From positions 1 to 45,219 of the IMG/VR virus record IMGVR_UViG_2740892444_000003: 45,219 bases of DNA; one strand, given 5' to 3'. This DNA is from a virus (Duplodnaviria; Heunggongvirae; Uroviricota; Caudoviricetes). The notes beneath the pieces were generated by a model. That model made no database searches and had not been told where the DNA came from. It saw only the letters and a program-made list of their open reading frames with translations. Shown here in pieces: positions 44,350 to 45,219 of this stretch. Both the position numbers and the translations under genes were made by a program. Numbering within the stretch: position 1 is the stretch's first letter; the number at the start of each line of letters is the position of its first letter.

Positions 44350-45219
44350 CTATATTGCTGAAGGTACAGGCGTTTCCATAACTATTTGCTCGCGTTTTTT
44401 ACTCAAGAAGAAAATGCCAAATAGCAACATCAGGCAGACAATACCCGAAATTGCGAAGAAAACTGTCTGGTAGCCTGCGTGGTCAAAGAGTATCCCAGTC
44501 GGCGTTGAAAGCAGCACAATCCCAAGCGAACTGGCAATTTGAAAACCAATCAGAAAGATCGTCGACGACAGGCGCTTATCAAAATTTGCCACGCTGTATT
44601 TGAAGACGGATATGACACAAAGTGGAACCTCAATAGCATGTAACAGCTTCACTAATGAAATAATCCAGGGGTTAACGAACAGCGCGCAGGAAAGGATACG
44701 CAACGCCATAATCACAACACCGATAAGTAATGCATTTTTTGGCCCTACCCGATTCACAAAGAAAGGAATAATCGCCATGCATAGCGCTTCGAGTACCACC
44801 TGGAATGAGTTGAGATAACCATACAGGCGCGTTCCTACATCGTGTGATTCGAATAAACCTGCATAAAAGACAGGAAAAAGTTGTTGATCAAAAATGTTAT
44901 AGAAAGACCACGTCCCCACAATAAATATGACGAAAACCCAGAAGTTTCGATCCTTGAAAACTGCGATAAAATCCTCTTTTTTTACCCCTCCCGCATCCGC
45001 CGCTACGCACTGGTGATCCTTATCTTTAAAACACATGTTGATCATCATAAATACAGCGCCAAATAGCGAGACCAACCAGAAGTTGATATGGGGACTGATA
45101 CTAAAAAATATGCCGGCAAAGAACGCGCCAATAGCATAGCCAAAAGATCCCCAGGCGCGCGCTGTTCCATATTCGAAATGAAAATTTCGCGCCATTTTTT
45201 CGGTGAAGCTGTCAAGCAA
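44350..45219 (-). CDS. cscB: Sucrose:H+ symporter CscB (LacY family), with the 5' end outside the window
   Basis: The 289-aa C-terminal part, ...FHFEYGTARAWGSFGYAIGAFFAGIFF...KKREQIVMETPVPSAI, is recognised as CscB. The ORF runs to the window edge. Confidence 0.9.
   Translation of the reverse strand: MLDSFTEKMARNFHFEYGTARAWGSFGYAIGAFFAGIFFSISPHINFWLVSLFGAVFMMINMCFKDKDHQCVAADAGGVKKEDFIAVFKDRNFWVFVIFIVGTWSFYNIFDQQLFPVFYAGLFESHDVGTRLYGYLNSFQVVLEALCMAIIPFFVNRVGPKNALLIGVVIMALRILSCALFVNPWIISLVKLLHAIEVPLCVISVFKYSVANFDKRLSSTIFLIGFQIASSLGIVLLSTPTGILFDHAGYQTVFFAISGIVCLMLLFGIFFLSKKREQIVMETPVPSAI

Noticed and set aside
1-45219. A search by eye for CRISPR arrays, IS elements/transposases, reverse transcriptases (retron/DGR), integron attC sites and rRNA.
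   Set aside because: No repeat-spacer arrays, no transposase- or RT-like ORFs, no terminal inverted repeats flanking cargo, and no rRNA-like sequence were seen. The only recombinase is the att-associated integrase.

Overview
This is an E. coli-type chromosome segment. yfdC and tRNA-Arg(CCU) argW lie on the left, and the 3' part of sucrose permease cscB lies on the right. Between them is a ~42.8-kb, apparently complete temperate prophage integrated into the 3' end of argW. Its ends are marked by a 15-bp direct repeat, CTGCAGGGGACACCA, at 1069-1083 and 43894-43908. It looks like the full-length counterpart of the K-12 CPS-53/KplE1 remnant (intS at one end, torI at the other).

Layout:
- Plus strand, left end: attL, intS, gtrA, gtrB and a gtrC-type gene (O-antigen glucosylation).
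- Minus-strand late operon, read right to left: Q, PR'/tR', lambda-like S/R/Rz/Rz1, a KilA-N cassette, terS, terL, portal, Mu-F-like protein, scaffold, capsid and connector genes. These are followed by contractile-tail genes (sheath, tube, chaperone with a -1 frameshift, tape measure), a Mu-like baseplate, and fibre plus Tfa.
- Minus-strand lambdoid early-right operon: cro, cII, an O-like initiator with internal iterons, a DnaB-type helicase and the nin genes.
- Plus strand, right end: cI, a rex-slot cassette, PL/nutL, N, small early genes, erf, ssb, morons, and torI(xis)-attR.

The best candidates for an undescribed system are accessory cassettes that core phage functions do not explain:
1. 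9761-10943: a self-contained two-gene cassette with its own promoter region, palindrome and terminator, wedged between the baseplate hub and spike genes. It encodes a YafO-like toxin preceded by an unrecognisable 190-aa helical partner.
2. 37861-38881: a ClpP/SDH-fold serine protease gene plus an overlapping 61-aa ORF, located in the cI-downstream slot where lambda carries rexAB.

Weaker oddities include a secreted 110-aa moron, an opposite-strand ORF followed by a 420-bp structured non-coding gap next to terS, a KilA-N two-gene cassette, a secreted DUF1311/LprI-like moron, and a split tRNA-homology fragment beside torI.

All family assignments come from reading the translations and from memory. 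No database search was run. Coordinates of non-ORF elements were counted by hand and may be off by 1-2 nt.
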